This document shows positions 63,325-64,000 of a stretch of 64,000 bases of DNA, piece by piece. The DNA is from Octopus sinensis (lineage: Eukaryota). The position numbers and the translations under genes are program-made. The stretch lies in contig NC_043005.1 in NCBI RefSeq assembly GCF_006345805.1, forward strand, positions 13,764,001 to 13,828,000, in the 5' to 3' direction. The first letter of the stretch is position 1. Every line of letters begins with the position of its first letter. The notes under the pieces were generated by a model that saw only the letters and a program-made list of their open reading frames with translations, searched no databases and was not told where the DNA came from.

Positions 63325-64000
63325 GTATGAATGTGCGGGTAGGGGTGAGGATGTAGGATGAGGGGAAGATGTGGGGTGGGGTGGGGTGAGGGTGTAGGGT
63401 GAGGATGTGCGAGTAGGGGTGAGTATGTGGGGTGGGGGATGTTCGGGTATGTGGGAGTGATATTAGGAAAGTGTCTGTGGACCAGGAGGTCACATATGTT
63501 GTGGGCTCGTTTGAAGGAGGGAAGGGGCAGGTTGGGGAAGATGTGCGAAGTGGAAGGGTCGGAGTGGAGTCGCCGGAAGGCTCGGAGAATGGTTCGTTGG
63601 AGGGGCAGGGTGGAGTGATAGTAGGTGAGGAGAAACGGGAGACGGGCAACGGCGGGACGCGTGCGTGAAGAGAGAGAGCAGAGGCACGATCCACGGAAGT
63701 GCTCTGGCAAGGACGGTGTGAATAGTGGTCAGAGGAGATCCAAGCAGGATGAACTGTTGAGGAGTTGAGACTGAGTCTCAAAGTCATGGTTGTCACTGCA
63801 GAGCCTGCGCAGAGGAATTGGGAGTAGAGGATGGAGAGCTTGGTGCGTGTAGGGTGGGTGCAGGATAATTTGAGTTATGAGTGTGAGTCGGTGTGTTTGT
63901 TGTGGGTGGAGGTAGTGAGAGCAGAGTTGTGTATGTTGACCGAAATGGCGAGAAAGGCGACGGAAGTGTTGGAAATGATGCAGGAGAATTCCAGGGAGGG
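63325..64000 (-). mobile_element. Penelope-like element RT C-terminal/thumb fragment running off the window; GIY-YIG replaced by C-rich low-complexity sequence
   Basis: Minus strand PSLEFSCII...HTDSHS*L..SCTHP..SILYSQF/LRRLCSDNHDFETQS and LPFLLTYY..LHSDPSTSHIFPNLPLPSFKRAHNICDLLV. Confidence 0.85.

Overview
AT-rich, microsatellite-dense animal genomic DNA. The SINE, MITE and LINE families suggest a coleoid cephalopod, probably Octopus (inference). Positions 1-32 kb contain only transposable-element debris: CR1, R4/Dong, Tx1, HERO, Chapaev3, Tc1/mariner, Gypsy, SINEs and MITEs. From ~32.1 kb to beyond the right edge, a single + strand spliced gene encodes a signal peptide, an LRRNT cap and at least 17 leucine-rich repeats. 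Each repeat is one phase-2/phase-2 exon of 72 bp (one is 69 bp); the ORF track misses almost all of these. This architecture resembles LGR-type LRR-GPCR ectodomains, but the C-terminus lies outside the window. The main finding is that the LRR solenoid appears to be growing and shrinking by duplication and deletion of a two-exon module (acidic A repeat plus basic B repeat). About 3.2 near-identical 1.8-kb units lie at 57.5-63.3 kb, older units lie upstream, and there are scars of lost exons and an intron gene-conversion tract. Other findings are three Penelope-type minimal hammerhead-ribozyme motifs (one sense-strand in an intron), several large inverted repeats, and datable nested insertions. 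No searches or computations were run. Family names come from recognising motifs by eye, and element boundaries are approximate unless a TSD, TIR or splice site is quoted.
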